Positions 56,383 to 64,000 of a DNA stretch of 64,000 nt are shown here, in pieces. Under the pieces are notes generated by a model that had not been told where the DNA came from, did no database searches, and saw only the letters and a list, made by a program, of their open reading frames with translations. The first letter of the stretch is position 1; the number at the start of each line of letters is the position of its first letter. Origin of the DNA: an uncultured Candidatus Saccharibacteria bacterium. GTDB lineage: Bacteria > Patescibacteriota > Minisyncoccia > Phycocordibacterales > UBA2100. Location: contig CAYGKV010000005.1 in assembly GCA_964350885.1 (NCBI GenBank), forward strand, positions 1,305 to 65,304, given 5' to 3'. Position numbers and translations under genes: made by a program.

Positions 56383-56913
56383 GCTCTCCTCATTTGCACC
56401 AGCCGAAGCGCGAGTTATACTGCCGGTGTGAGTGCCACACATTCGTGTGAAGTGTGGATTCTTGATTGAAAGTCGCCTAAACACCTCCCTCACGGGAGGT
56501 GTTGGGTACGTGATAACTATCCATACAAAAAGGCCCGCAAAGCGGAGGACGGGTGCGAGCTCCAAAGTGAAAGTCTTATGTGAGTGCCGCCGCCCTCCGC
56601 TTCACGGGCCTACCTTCGTCAAGGGTACCATCGCGCTGCATGATCGCGCAACAATAATTTAGAGAACACTCTCCGGATTTTTTCTCACGCGGAAAATACA
56701 AAATGAAAGGTTTCGCACCTTTGCTGGCTGCGTCGCTCGGAAATGAAAACCCATTTTCATTTCACTCGCTATCCTCGCCAGATAAAGTTATCCACACTCA
56801 TCGTAGAGAAAAATACTTTTTTCGCGCATGAGTGCAATAATGAATTAGTAATCGCATCTTCGCATTATTGCGTAAGTGCGGGTCGAACTTAGCACTCAAG
56901 CAAAAATATTTTT

Positions 56914-56964
56914 ATGGCAAAGAAAAAGAAGGCGAAGAAGGCAAAGGCAAAGAAACGCCGATAG
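56914..56964 (+). other. micro-ORF encoding a 16-aa poly-Lys peptide (MAKKKKAKKAKAKKRR), possibly spurious
   Basis: ATG within an AT-rich tract, immediately followed by two hairpins. Confidence 0.15.
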
Positions 56965-57002
56965 TCTATTGCCGAACATTTTGTTCGGCTGAGGCTTGTC
57001 CG

Positions 57003-57034
57003 AAACAATCCCTCCTCGCGGAGGGATTGTTTTT
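57003..57034 (+). terminator. strong intrinsic terminator
   Basis: AAACAATCCCTCC-tcgc-GGAGGGATTGTTT, a 13-bp perfect stem, followed by TTTTAT. Preceded by a second hairpin, GCCGAAcattttgTTCGGC, at 56970-56990. Confidence 0.7.
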
Positions 57035-57086
57035 ATAGAGCGTGCTCGCAATCGCATAAGCGATTGTTTTGATGTACCATGCCCCA

Positions 57087-59609
57087 ATGGCATTCTGGAG
57101 ACGTCTTTTGGGCGATGAGAATCTTGCCGCGCTGCGCGCGGCTGAGCCTATTGTGGCGACCACAAACGCCCGAGAGGAGGAGATGCGCGCACTCTCTGAT
57201 GAAGGATTGAAAGCGAAGACTCATGAATTTAAAAAGCGTCTCCTCGACGGTGTGTCGCTTGATGATCTCGCCCCGGAAGCATTTGCCGTGGTCCGTGAGG
57301 CGAGTCGGCGAACACTCGGTCAGCGGCACTTTGATGTGCAAATCATCGGAGGAATGATCTTGCATCGGGGAGATATCGCCGAGATGCGCACCGGGGAAGG
57401 GAAGACACTTGTCGCGACCCTTCCCGCATACCTCAATGCTCTTACCGAGCATGGAGTCCACATTGTCACAGTCAACGATTATCTTTCGCGACGCGATGCC
57501 GTATGGATGGGGCAAATATATTGGGCACTCGGGATGACGGTCGGTGTCATCAATCACGAATCTTCTTTTCTCTACGACCCCACGCACATGTCTTCAGAAG
57601 TGCTCGCGGCGGAGGATACGACACGAGACCAGACGGGGAGTTTTAAAGTTATGCACGATTTCTTGCGCCCCTGCTCTCGCAAAGAGGCGTATGCGGCCGA
57701 TATCACCTATGGCACCAACAACGAATTTGGTTTCGATTATTTGCGCGACAATCTTGAGTATGAGGTTGGGGTCCTTCGACAGCGCTTGCCTGATAATGGG
57801 GGATACAATTTTGCGATCGTCGATGAAATCGACTCCATCCTCATCGATGAGGCGCGAACGCCCTTGATTATTTCTGCACCCGTCTCCGATGCCGAATCGC
57901 TGTACGGACGCTTCACCGCGATTGCAGCAATGCTTACGCCGGAAGAGGATTATACGATCGAGCGCAAACACAAACAGATCGTACTCACAGATAGCGGAAT
58001 CGAAAAAGCAGAGAAGGTCCTTGGCGTAGACAATATCTACACCGATGCGGGTATCAAATTTGTGCACCACCTGGAGACGGCCGTTCGCGCGCGCGCGCTT
58101 TTCGAGCGAGACAAAGAGTATGTTGTAAAAGACGGCCAGATTATCATTGTCGACGAATTCACCGGTCGTCTGCAGCCCGGGAGGCGCTGGAGTGAGGGTC
58201 TGCACCAGGCGATAGAATCGAAAGAGGGGGTGGAGGTGCAGCAAGAGTCGCGTACCTTTGCGTCCATCACCTTCCAGAATTATTTTCGTCTGTATACGAA
58301 ACTGGCGGGAATGACAGGCACCGCAGCGACCTCTTCGGAAGAATTTTATAAAGTGTATGGCCTGAATACCGTTGTCGTCCCGACGAATAGAAAGGCTGAG
58401 CGAAAAGATCATGAGGACCTTATCTTCCAGACGGAATCAGGAAAAATGAAAGCAATCGCACGGCATGTGCGAGAGCTGCACGAAAAGGGTCAGCCAGTCT
58501 TGGTGGGCACCGTCTCCGTCGAGAAGAACGAGCTTCTCTCAGCGCACTTCAAGCAAGAGGGGATTCCCCATGAAATATTGAACGCAAAGAATCACGAGCG
58601 CGAGGGCGAAATCATCGCGCAGGCAGGTAAGCGCGGCGCGGTCGTGATCGCGACCAACATGGCGGGTCGCGGTGTCGACATCAAGCTCGGAGGGAATCCG
58701 GGAAGCGATGAGGCATACGAGGAAATAAAAAAGACGGGCGGGCTCTTCGTCTTGGGTACGGAGCGCCACGAAGCACGACGCATCGACAATCAGTTGCGTG
58801 GGCGCTCGGGCCGTCAGGGCGATCCTGGCGAGACGCAGTTCTTTGTCTCACTCGAAGATTCTCTGATGAGGGTCTTTGCTTCCGACATCATCAAGCGCGT
58901 CATGGGGACCTTCAAGATTCCTGAGGACGAGCCCATCTACAATTCAATGATTACGAAGGCGCTCGAGAAAGCGCAGACGCGCATCGAGGAGTTGAATTTT
59001 GACGCCCGCAAACACATTCTTGCGTACGATGATATTCTCAATATTCAACGACAAAGCGTGTATGGAAGACGGCGCACGCTCCTCACGGGTGGCAACACAG
59101 AAATCGACGAAGAGCTTACGCGTATTGCAGAGATGCAGAGTGATTTTGCCACGGTCATTGCCGCGAAGAAGATTGAGATTGGCGAGTCATTCCACTCTGT
59201 TGCGCGGCGCGCGCTTCTTCAGACCGTTGATTTTCTCTGGGTCGAACATCTGGAGGCGATGGAATATTTGCGCAATTCTGTAAATCTTCGCGCGTACGGC
59301 CAGCGTGATCCGCTTGTCGAATATAAAAAAGAGGGACTCAAGCTTTTCCAGACAATGGAAGAGTCCTACATGGCACATGTAGCGCAGATGCTGCCGAATA
59401 TGGGGGCAGGAGGTGTCGTCATGGCACGAGAACAACAGGCCGTTCAAAAAGCAGCGTCTGCCATATCGGCGGCAGGTCAGGGGTCTCCCAAGCGCGAGTA
59501 TGGGAGGAATGATCGCGTAACGATCACGAATGACGTAGAAACAAAAGAAATGAAATTCAAAAAAGCCGAACCTCTTCTCGCGAGCGGGGAGTGGAGGATC
59601 GTTGCCTAA
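57087..59609 (+). CDS. secA: preprotein translocase ATPase SecA
   Basis: FDVQIIGGMILHRGDIAEMRTGEGKTLVATLPAYLNAL...VTVNDYL...ITYGTNNEFGFDYLRDN...VDEIDSILIDEARTPLIIS are canonical SecA motifs. Start is the ATG at 57087, by alignment to the SecA N-termini. Confidence 0.9.
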   Translation: MAFWRRLLGDENLAALRAAEPIVATTNAREEEMRALSDEGLKAKTHEFKKRLLDGVSLDDLAPEAFAVVREASRRTLGQRHFDVQIIGGMILHRGDIAEMRTGEGKTLVATLPAYLNALTEHGVHIVTVNDYLSRRDAVWMGQIYWALGMTVGVINHESSFLYDPTHMSSEVLAAEDTTRDQTGSFKVMHDFLRPCSRKEAYAADITYGTNNEFGFDYLRDNLEYEVGVLRQRLPDNGGYNFAIVDEIDSILIDEARTPLIISAPVSDAESLYGRFTAIAAMLTPEEDYTIERKHKQIVLTDSGIEKAEKVLGVDNIYTDAGIKFVHHLETAVRARALFERDKEYVVKDGQIIIVDEFTGRLQPGRRWSEGLHQAIESKEGVEVQQESRTFASITFQNYFRLYTKLAGMTGTAATSSEEFYKVYGLNTVVVPTNRKAERKDHEDLIFQTESGKMKAIARHVRELHEKGQPVLVGTVSVEKNELLSAHFKQEGIPHEILNAKNHEREGEIIAQAGKRGAVVIATNMAGRGVDIKLGGNPGSDEAYEEIKKTGGLFVLGTERHEARRIDNQLRGRSGRQGDPGETQFFVSLEDSLMRVFASDIIKRVMGTFKIPEDEPIYNSMITKALEKAQTRIEELNFDARKHILAYDDILNIQRQSVYGRRRTLLTGGNTEIDEELTRIAEMQSDFATVIAAKKIEIGESFHSVARRALLQTVDFLWVEHLEAMEYLRNSVNLRAYGQRDPLVEYKKEGLKLFQTMEESYMAHVAQMLPNMGAGGVVMAREQQAVQKAASAISAAGQGSPKREYGRNDRVTITNDVETKEMKFKKAEPLLASGEWRIVA

Positions 59610-59679
59610 ATTCGGGCATCGGATATCCGAATTGTGAGAGGGTTTGAGAGGTCGCGACGATTACTGTATTATTCACATC

Positions 59680-61122
59680 ATGTCAGAATTAGAGTACGTG
59701 CCTACCATTGGACTCGAGATTCACGCTGAATTGAAGACGAAGACAAAGATGTTTTGCTGTTCGAAGAATGACCCTGATGAAGCGCGACCCAATGTGAACA
59801 TATGCCCAGTGTGTCTAGCGCACCCAGGCACACTTCCAGTCATCAATGGAGAAGCGGTACGGCAGGTATTACGCGTCGGACTCGCACTTAAGGCGCAGCT
59901 TGCAGATTACACCGAGTTTGATCGCAAGAATTATTTTTATCCCGACCTTCCGAAAGGATATCAACTCTCTCAGTTTAAGTACCCATTAGTGTCTGGTGGG
60001 GAATTGAATGGGGTGAAGGTAACCCGCATACATCTGGAAGAAGACACCGCGAGCTCGGTTCACGAAGAGGGCGTAGGGACGGTCATTGATTACAACCGCG
60101 CCGGCGTGCCTCTCATGGAGTTGGTGACAGAGCCGGTAATTACGAGCGCGAAGCAGGCGGGTGATTTCGCCCGTGAGCTGCAGATTCTCTTGCGGTATCT
60201 CGACGTGAGCAATGCAAACATGGAAAAAGGCGAGATGCGTGTTGAGGCAAACATTTCAATCGGGAAAAATGGGATACTCGGAACGAAGGTAGAAATAAAA
60301 AATCTCAATTCATTTCGTGCTATGGAGCGCGCCGTTGATCATGAGATCGAGCGTCAGGAAAAATTACTCAAGAGTGGTGGCACAGTCGTTCAGGAGACGA
60401 GAGGGTGGCATGAGGGAAAGCAAGAGACATTCTCTCAGCGAGTTAAGGAGGGAAGTGCGGATTACCGATACTTTCCTGATCCCGATCTCCCATCACTCAA
60501 GCTTTCCGAACTGGAGGCTTACACGTCCGATGCGCTTCGCCGCACGCTTCCGGAATTGCCATGGGAGCGGAGAGGGCGCTATCTCAAGCTTGGCATCAAG
60601 AGGCAGGATGCCGATAGTTTTGTGAAGGATCAAACGTTGGGGGATTTCTTTGAAGAGGTGGTACGGGGTAGAGAATCAGATCAGAAGTTCGTCCAGCTCG
60701 CCAGCAACTATATTTCGAACGACCTCGTGTCAGTGATCCGAGATAACGGGAGGCGAGATACAGTAAACAAAGCCGAGATCCCATTATCGGGGCTTTATTT
60801 CAGGAAAATTATGGACATGTTGCTGGCACGTAAAATCACATCTCCCGCTGCCAAAAGCATCCTATTGCACTGCGTTACAACCGGTGAAGACCCAGAAGAG
60901 TATGCGCGAGCAAAGGAGTTACTCCATGAGAGATCTACGGTTGAATTTGAGGCTATCATCATGAGTGTACTGGAAGCAAACCCTAATGTTGTGGCTGATT
61001 ATAAGGCGGGGAAACAAGCTGCCCTCGAATTTCTCATAGGGCAATCAATGAAGACAACCAAGGGTTCCGGCGATCCCTCTATATTGCGAGACATCACGTT
61101 GAAGTTGCTCAATAATAACTGA
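59680..61122 (+). CDS. gatB: Asp-tRNA(Asn)/Glu-tRNA(Gln) amidotransferase subunit B
   Basis: EYVPTIGLEIHAELKTKTKMFC...CPVCLAHPGTLPVIN...YFYPDLPKGYQLSQ match GatB. Confidence 0.9.
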   Translation: MSELEYVPTIGLEIHAELKTKTKMFCCSKNDPDEARPNVNICPVCLAHPGTLPVINGEAVRQVLRVGLALKAQLADYTEFDRKNYFYPDLPKGYQLSQFKYPLVSGGELNGVKVTRIHLEEDTASSVHEEGVGTVIDYNRAGVPLMELVTEPVITSAKQAGDFARELQILLRYLDVSNANMEKGEMRVEANISIGKNGILGTKVEIKNLNSFRAMERAVDHEIERQEKLLKSGGTVVQETRGWHEGKQETFSQRVKEGSADYRYFPDPDLPSLKLSELEAYTSDALRRTLPELPWERRGRYLKLGIKRQDADSFVKDQTLGDFFEEVVRGRESDQKFVQLASNYISNDLVSVIRDNGRRDTVNKAEIPLSGLYFRKIMDMLLARKITSPAAKSILLHCVTTGEDPEEYARAKELLHERSTVEFEAIIMSVLEANPNVVADYKAGKQAALEFLIGQSMKTTKGSGDPSILRDITLKLLNNN

Positions 61123-61174
61123 TACTCCATTTTTGTTTGAGACACGAACATTACTTGAGGTATACTATACTCGT

Positions 61175-62098
61175 ATGTCAGACGAGATCATGATCGATGA
61201 AGTAGTGTACGTCTCGTCCAGACGAGCAGCAGAAGTGAGTGGCTACGCGCAGGATTATATCGGCCAGCTAGCTCGGGGAGGCTATATCGATGCAAAAAGA
61301 GTTGGTGGTCTTTGGCACGTATCCGTCGCATCTCTGAATGAATACGAGAAAAATGCGGCTATCAACAAATCTCGACCTCAAGAACGAGTCCAACCTGATG
61401 AGCCAGATTCTTTGATTTCTTTTGACGGTAAAGATCACGTCTCAGCTGCTCGGGCCGCAGAGTTGACCGGATATCACCAGGACTATGTAGGTCAGCTTGC
61501 TCGTGGAGGGACCGTCATTGGAAGACAGGTCGGGAATCGTTGGTACGTAGACCGAGAAGCCATTCTTGCTCATAAAGCCGAGAAGGACAGGCTTCTGGGT
61601 GCCGTACAGGCACAGTCGGTAGGGATAGTTCGTAACGCTTCTAGAGAACGATCTGAATCCGAGGTGCACGGTCTTTTTGATGCTGATGAATATTTGACAT
61701 ACACAAAGGATACAAACGATTTGATACCACCTCTGGGTGCGGGCAATGAATCTGTTGAGGAGCATCCCAAAGAGAAATCCGAGAATGTTTTCAGTGATAC
61801 GGAGAAGCAGGCTATTCCCATAAGAATCAGCCGCATATCTCCCGAGGGGATGGTACGCCGAGAACAGTATGCGCCGGAGATTCATTTAAAGGAAGGCGCA
61901 GTACCTAGAAGCGGTATATTTTATGGGGCAATCACACTGGCAACACTAGTGATAGTGGCGGTAACATTCTTCGGTTTAAGGAGTGTAGAACGTCAGCCCG
62001 TTTACACAGTGGCAAATACAGCAAACATTCTTACTGCCACGGGAGATTTTCTTGAGAAATTGATCGTTCGCGAGCTTATCTACGAGAGAGTTCGGTAG
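61175..62098 (+). CDS. membrane-anchored protein with two tandem excisionase/MerR-type HTH (HTH_17-like) domains
   Basis: Repeats VSSRRAAEVSGYAQDYIGQLARGGYIDAKRVGGLWHVSVASL and VSAARAAELTGYHQDYVGQLARGGTVIGRQVGNRWYVDREAI follow the excisionase-family pattern (A..G.s...l.rl.r.G...a.rvG.rW.v....l). TM helix IFYGAITLATLVIVAVTFFGL near the C-terminus. Start chosen as MSDEIM (ATG at 61175), by analogy with the paralog. Confidence 0.55.
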   Translation: MSDEIMIDEVVYVSSRRAAEVSGYAQDYIGQLARGGYIDAKRVGGLWHVSVASLNEYEKNAAINKSRPQERVQPDEPDSLISFDGKDHVSAARAAELTGYHQDYVGQLARGGTVIGRQVGNRWYVDREAILAHKAEKDRLLGAVQAQSVGIVRNASRERSESEVHGLFDADEYLTYTKDTNDLIPPLGAGNESVEEHPKEKSENVFSDTEKQAIPIRISRISPEGMVRREQYAPEIHLKEGAVPRSGIFYGAITLATLVIVAVTFFGLRSVERQPVYTVANTANILTATGDFLEKLIVRELIYERVR

Positions 62099-62152
62099 CT
62101 CAAAACGTATCTTGTTAGCGCATCCAAATAATCACAATCCGCATATTCCATC

Positions 62153-62180
62153 CGAGATACGTTGTAAATGCGTATCTCGT
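62153..62180 (+). other. perfect inverted repeat / hairpin (GAGATACG-ttgtaaatg-CGTATCTC) downstream of the HTH-TM gene
   Basis: 8-bp perfect stem. No T-tract follows, so it may be a protein-binding palindrome rather than a terminator. Confidence 0.4.
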
Positions 62181-62525
62181 TCAGACAAGATTGATCGATA
62201 TCTCCGGTATAGAGCGCAGGCTCTCTAGGTTCATCAGTGCAGTTAAAATACGTCTTTTGGTAGTCGCTAGGCGCTGGTGATGCCCCTCTCTGCCTTACCC
62301 AGGACTATTACAGGGCCTTATCGACCGTATCTTCTTTATCTTGGAAGACCTTTGCATGTCGCTGATGATGCAGCGATTTGGCAGCAGTAGATTCTTGGAA
62401 ATTTAGCCACACATGACTCAGAAAAGATCTACGCTTTTTCTTATCCACATTTTTGTCGCACGATATTCGTGGGAACGTCCGGAATATCTAGTAAGATATA
62501 GATAAATCGTGTTTCCGACCTTTGC

Positions 62526-64000
62526 ATGACTGATGAATTTTTTCTGAACCGAGCGCGGTATATCTCTGCCGGAGATGCTGCACGCAAGTCTCATTTGACG
62601 CGCGGCTACATTTTGCGTCTTTGTAAACAAAAAAAAATAAAAGCACACCGTAATGAAAGTGGATGGTACATACAAGAGAATTCACTTCAATCATTCCTTA
62701 TCGCTCAGGAACGTCTTCGGCAACTGCATCGGAAAAACCTCTCAGAAAGACGGGTTCGTGAGTATCGGGCGCACAATGAACACGCCAACAATAAACCAGA
62801 TGTTGCATCCAAGCTCTTAAAAGAGGCGAGCACACAATCTTCGACATATCTGGAAGTCGGAGAAGCATCGCGGGAGGCGGGGCTTTCGCGAGATTATCTC
62901 TCCCGTCTTTGCAAGCGCAAAAGGATCAAGGCTCGAAGGATAGGTCGCGTATGGTACGTTGACCGCAATTCGTTCCGCTCCTTCCTCGTTTCTCAGGAAT
63001 ACGAAAAAAGACTCCGAGGTCAATTGCTCACGGAACAACGCATCAGCGAATATGGAGGAGGTGCGAGGTCGGCAACCATTGCTGCGTCTCACGTACTTTC
63101 CGACCACGCGCGTGTGATCCATGGTCACGTCTCGAGCACAGCCGCTCAGCAAAGTAACGTCTTCGCAGGGCATGCGGCAAAGATCTCCACATCGCCTTCG
63201 GGCGTTGCAGATGCGGCGTTGCATGCCGCGCACGTACCAATATACGCGCTTTCGCCGCTCACAGAATTTTTCCACAAAATTATTGCTCTTGTATCCGCTA
63301 TCGTGCTAACCCTCGGAGTCTACGCTGTAGCGGATCAACATCATGCGCGCTTTGTAATCCAGTCGGTGCAGGGAAGTATAAGAAACGTTGCGGACTCGTA
63401 TCGCACGGTCTCCGGAGGTGGGATCGTTGAGTTGAAACAGCGTGCGGAAACGCGAATCACCGCAGTCGCCCTGAATCCCGCGAGCGCTCTTGATTCTGTT
63501 AGCGCTGCGTTTACCGCTACAAAAGGTGTTCCAAATACCGTCTCGAATTACGGCCGAATTGTAAACGCGAATCTCAACAAACTCAAAAATTCAATAGCAA
63601 CTTCCTTAGAGCGAATAAGGGGAGGAAAGGTATCGATCTCGATTGTGCCCTACACGCCACATGCACAACAAAAAACTGCTGGCAAAAATAACCCCGTACC
63701 AGTTATTACGCCCAAGACTGGGCCTTCGCCTCGCATCGTTTATTCTTCTCCACCTTCGCAGCAGACCGTAATTAATCAACCGATCATCGAGCGCATCGTC
63801 GAGCGCGCGCTCCCCTCGTACACCATCGCACAAGGAGGTATCAGTGAAGAGATCCTCAACCAAAGACTCGCCGAGCTCGATAGCAAACTCTCCTCGCAGA
63901 TATTCTCTCTCACCTCCGCCAATTCCACACAGATTACCAACGTATACAACACCGTAGGTGCAGCCGCTCGGATCGAGCACCTGGCAAACCTCGACCTCGA
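62526..64000 (+). CDS. paralogous membrane-anchored protein with two tandem excisionase-type HTH domains and a large C-terminal extracytoplasmic region (3' end beyond window)
   Basis: ATG at 62526, open to the window end (491 codons; absent from the ORF track because it has no stop). ISAGDAARKSHLTRGYILRLCKQKKIKAHRNESGWYIQENSLQSF and LEVGEASREAGLSRDYLSRLCKRKRIKARRIGRVWYVDRNSFRSF are the same HTH pattern as in 61175-62098. TM helix IIALVSAIVLTLGVYAV. Confidence 0.55.
   Translation, partial: MTDEFFLNRARYISAGDAARKSHLTRGYILRLCKQKKIKAHRNESGWYIQENSLQSFLIAQERLRQLHRKNLSERRVREYRAHNEHANNKPDVASKLLKEASTQSSTYLEVGEASREAGLSRDYLSRLCKRKRIKARRIGRVWYVDRNSFRSFLVSQEYEKRLRGQLLTEQRISEYGGGARSATIAASHVLSDHARVIHGHVSSTAAQQSNVFAGHAAKISTSPSGVADAALHAAHVPIYALSPLTEFFHKIIALVSAIVLTLGVYAVADQHHARFVIQSVQGSIRNVADSYRTVSGGGIVELKQRAETRITAVALNPASALDSVSAAFTATKGVPNTVSNYGRIVNANLNKLKNSIATSLERIRGGKVSISIVPYTPHAQQKTAGKNNPVPVITPKTGPSPRIVYSSPPSQQTVINQPIIERIVERALPSYTIAQGGISEEILNQRLAELDSKLSSQIFSLTSANSTQITNVYNTVGAAARIEHLANLDL

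Noticed and set aside
56520-56570. Possible tmRNA-like 3' end (GGACGGGTGCGAGCTCCA)
   Set aside because: Only a superficial resemblance to the tmRNA/tRNA T-arm-acceptor consensus. No matching T-loop (GTTCGAATC) and no acceptor pairing.
1-64000. CRISPR arrays, IS elements, integrases, rRNA
   Set aside because: No direct-repeat/spacer periodicity, transposase or integrase motifs or rRNA-like sequence were seen. The repetitive nucleotide stretches present encode Thr/Pro/Ser-rich protein linkers within ORFs.

Overview
This 64 kb window is a high-GC (~57%) bacterial chromosome segment. Its gene content looks like a small-genome, Patescibacteria/CPR-like organism, which is an inference from content only. 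It contains murA, murD, murC, rsmI, secA, gatB, an L,D-transpeptidase, a lamin-tail-domain protein, an O-antigen-ligase/TPR fusion, and very many glycosyltransferases. Three blocks stand out.

1. Riboflavin operon (2.8-7.2 kb). An FMN riboswitch with an intrinsic terminator precedes ribE-ribH-ribA-ribD. It is followed by tRNA-Leu(CAG), a HAD phosphatase and a CofE-like gamma-glutamyl ligase.

2. Cobalamin-controlled secreted module (7.1-12.8 kb, minus strand). A cobalamin riboswitch appears to control two secreted proteins that together look like a transcobalamin or intrinsic factor rebuilt from separate parts. The first is a DUF4430 (beta-domain-like) protein. The second is a 657-aa protein with a signal peptide, a DUF4430 domain, an Ig-like domain and an alpha/alpha toroid (squalene-cyclase-like, QxxDGGW repeats). 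A secreted PGAP1/LCAT-like lipase and a small membrane protein lie directly downstream. I think this is the most interesting candidate system in the window.

3. Cell-surface glycan locus (22-56 kb, ~34 kb). It holds GT2 and GT4 glycosyltransferases, a Wzx flippase, a GtrA protein and an O-antigen ligase-TPR fusion. It has a GDP-fucose branch (gmd, gmm, fcl) plus a second, lower-GC gmd paralog next to a cupin (FdtA-like) and one of two TylCIII-type C-methyltransferases. It also has a DegT aminotransferase, five SAM methyltransferases and a secreted LamG / tail-fibre-repeat protein. Several unusual domain fusions occur here: GT4 with UDP-glucose dehydrogenase, GT4 with a 12+-TM domain, a degenerate methyltransferase with GT2, and a cytidylyltransferase with a cupin.

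Other points of note:
- A bifunctional L,D-transpeptidase + D,D-carboxypeptidase gene.
- A TraD/VirD4-like ATPase.
- A 700-nt structured intergenic region upstream of secA.
- Two adjacent paralogous membrane-anchored proteins, each with tandem excisionase-type HTH domains (61.2-64 kb; the last is truncated by the window end).
- No CRISPR array, rRNA or obvious mobile element was seen.
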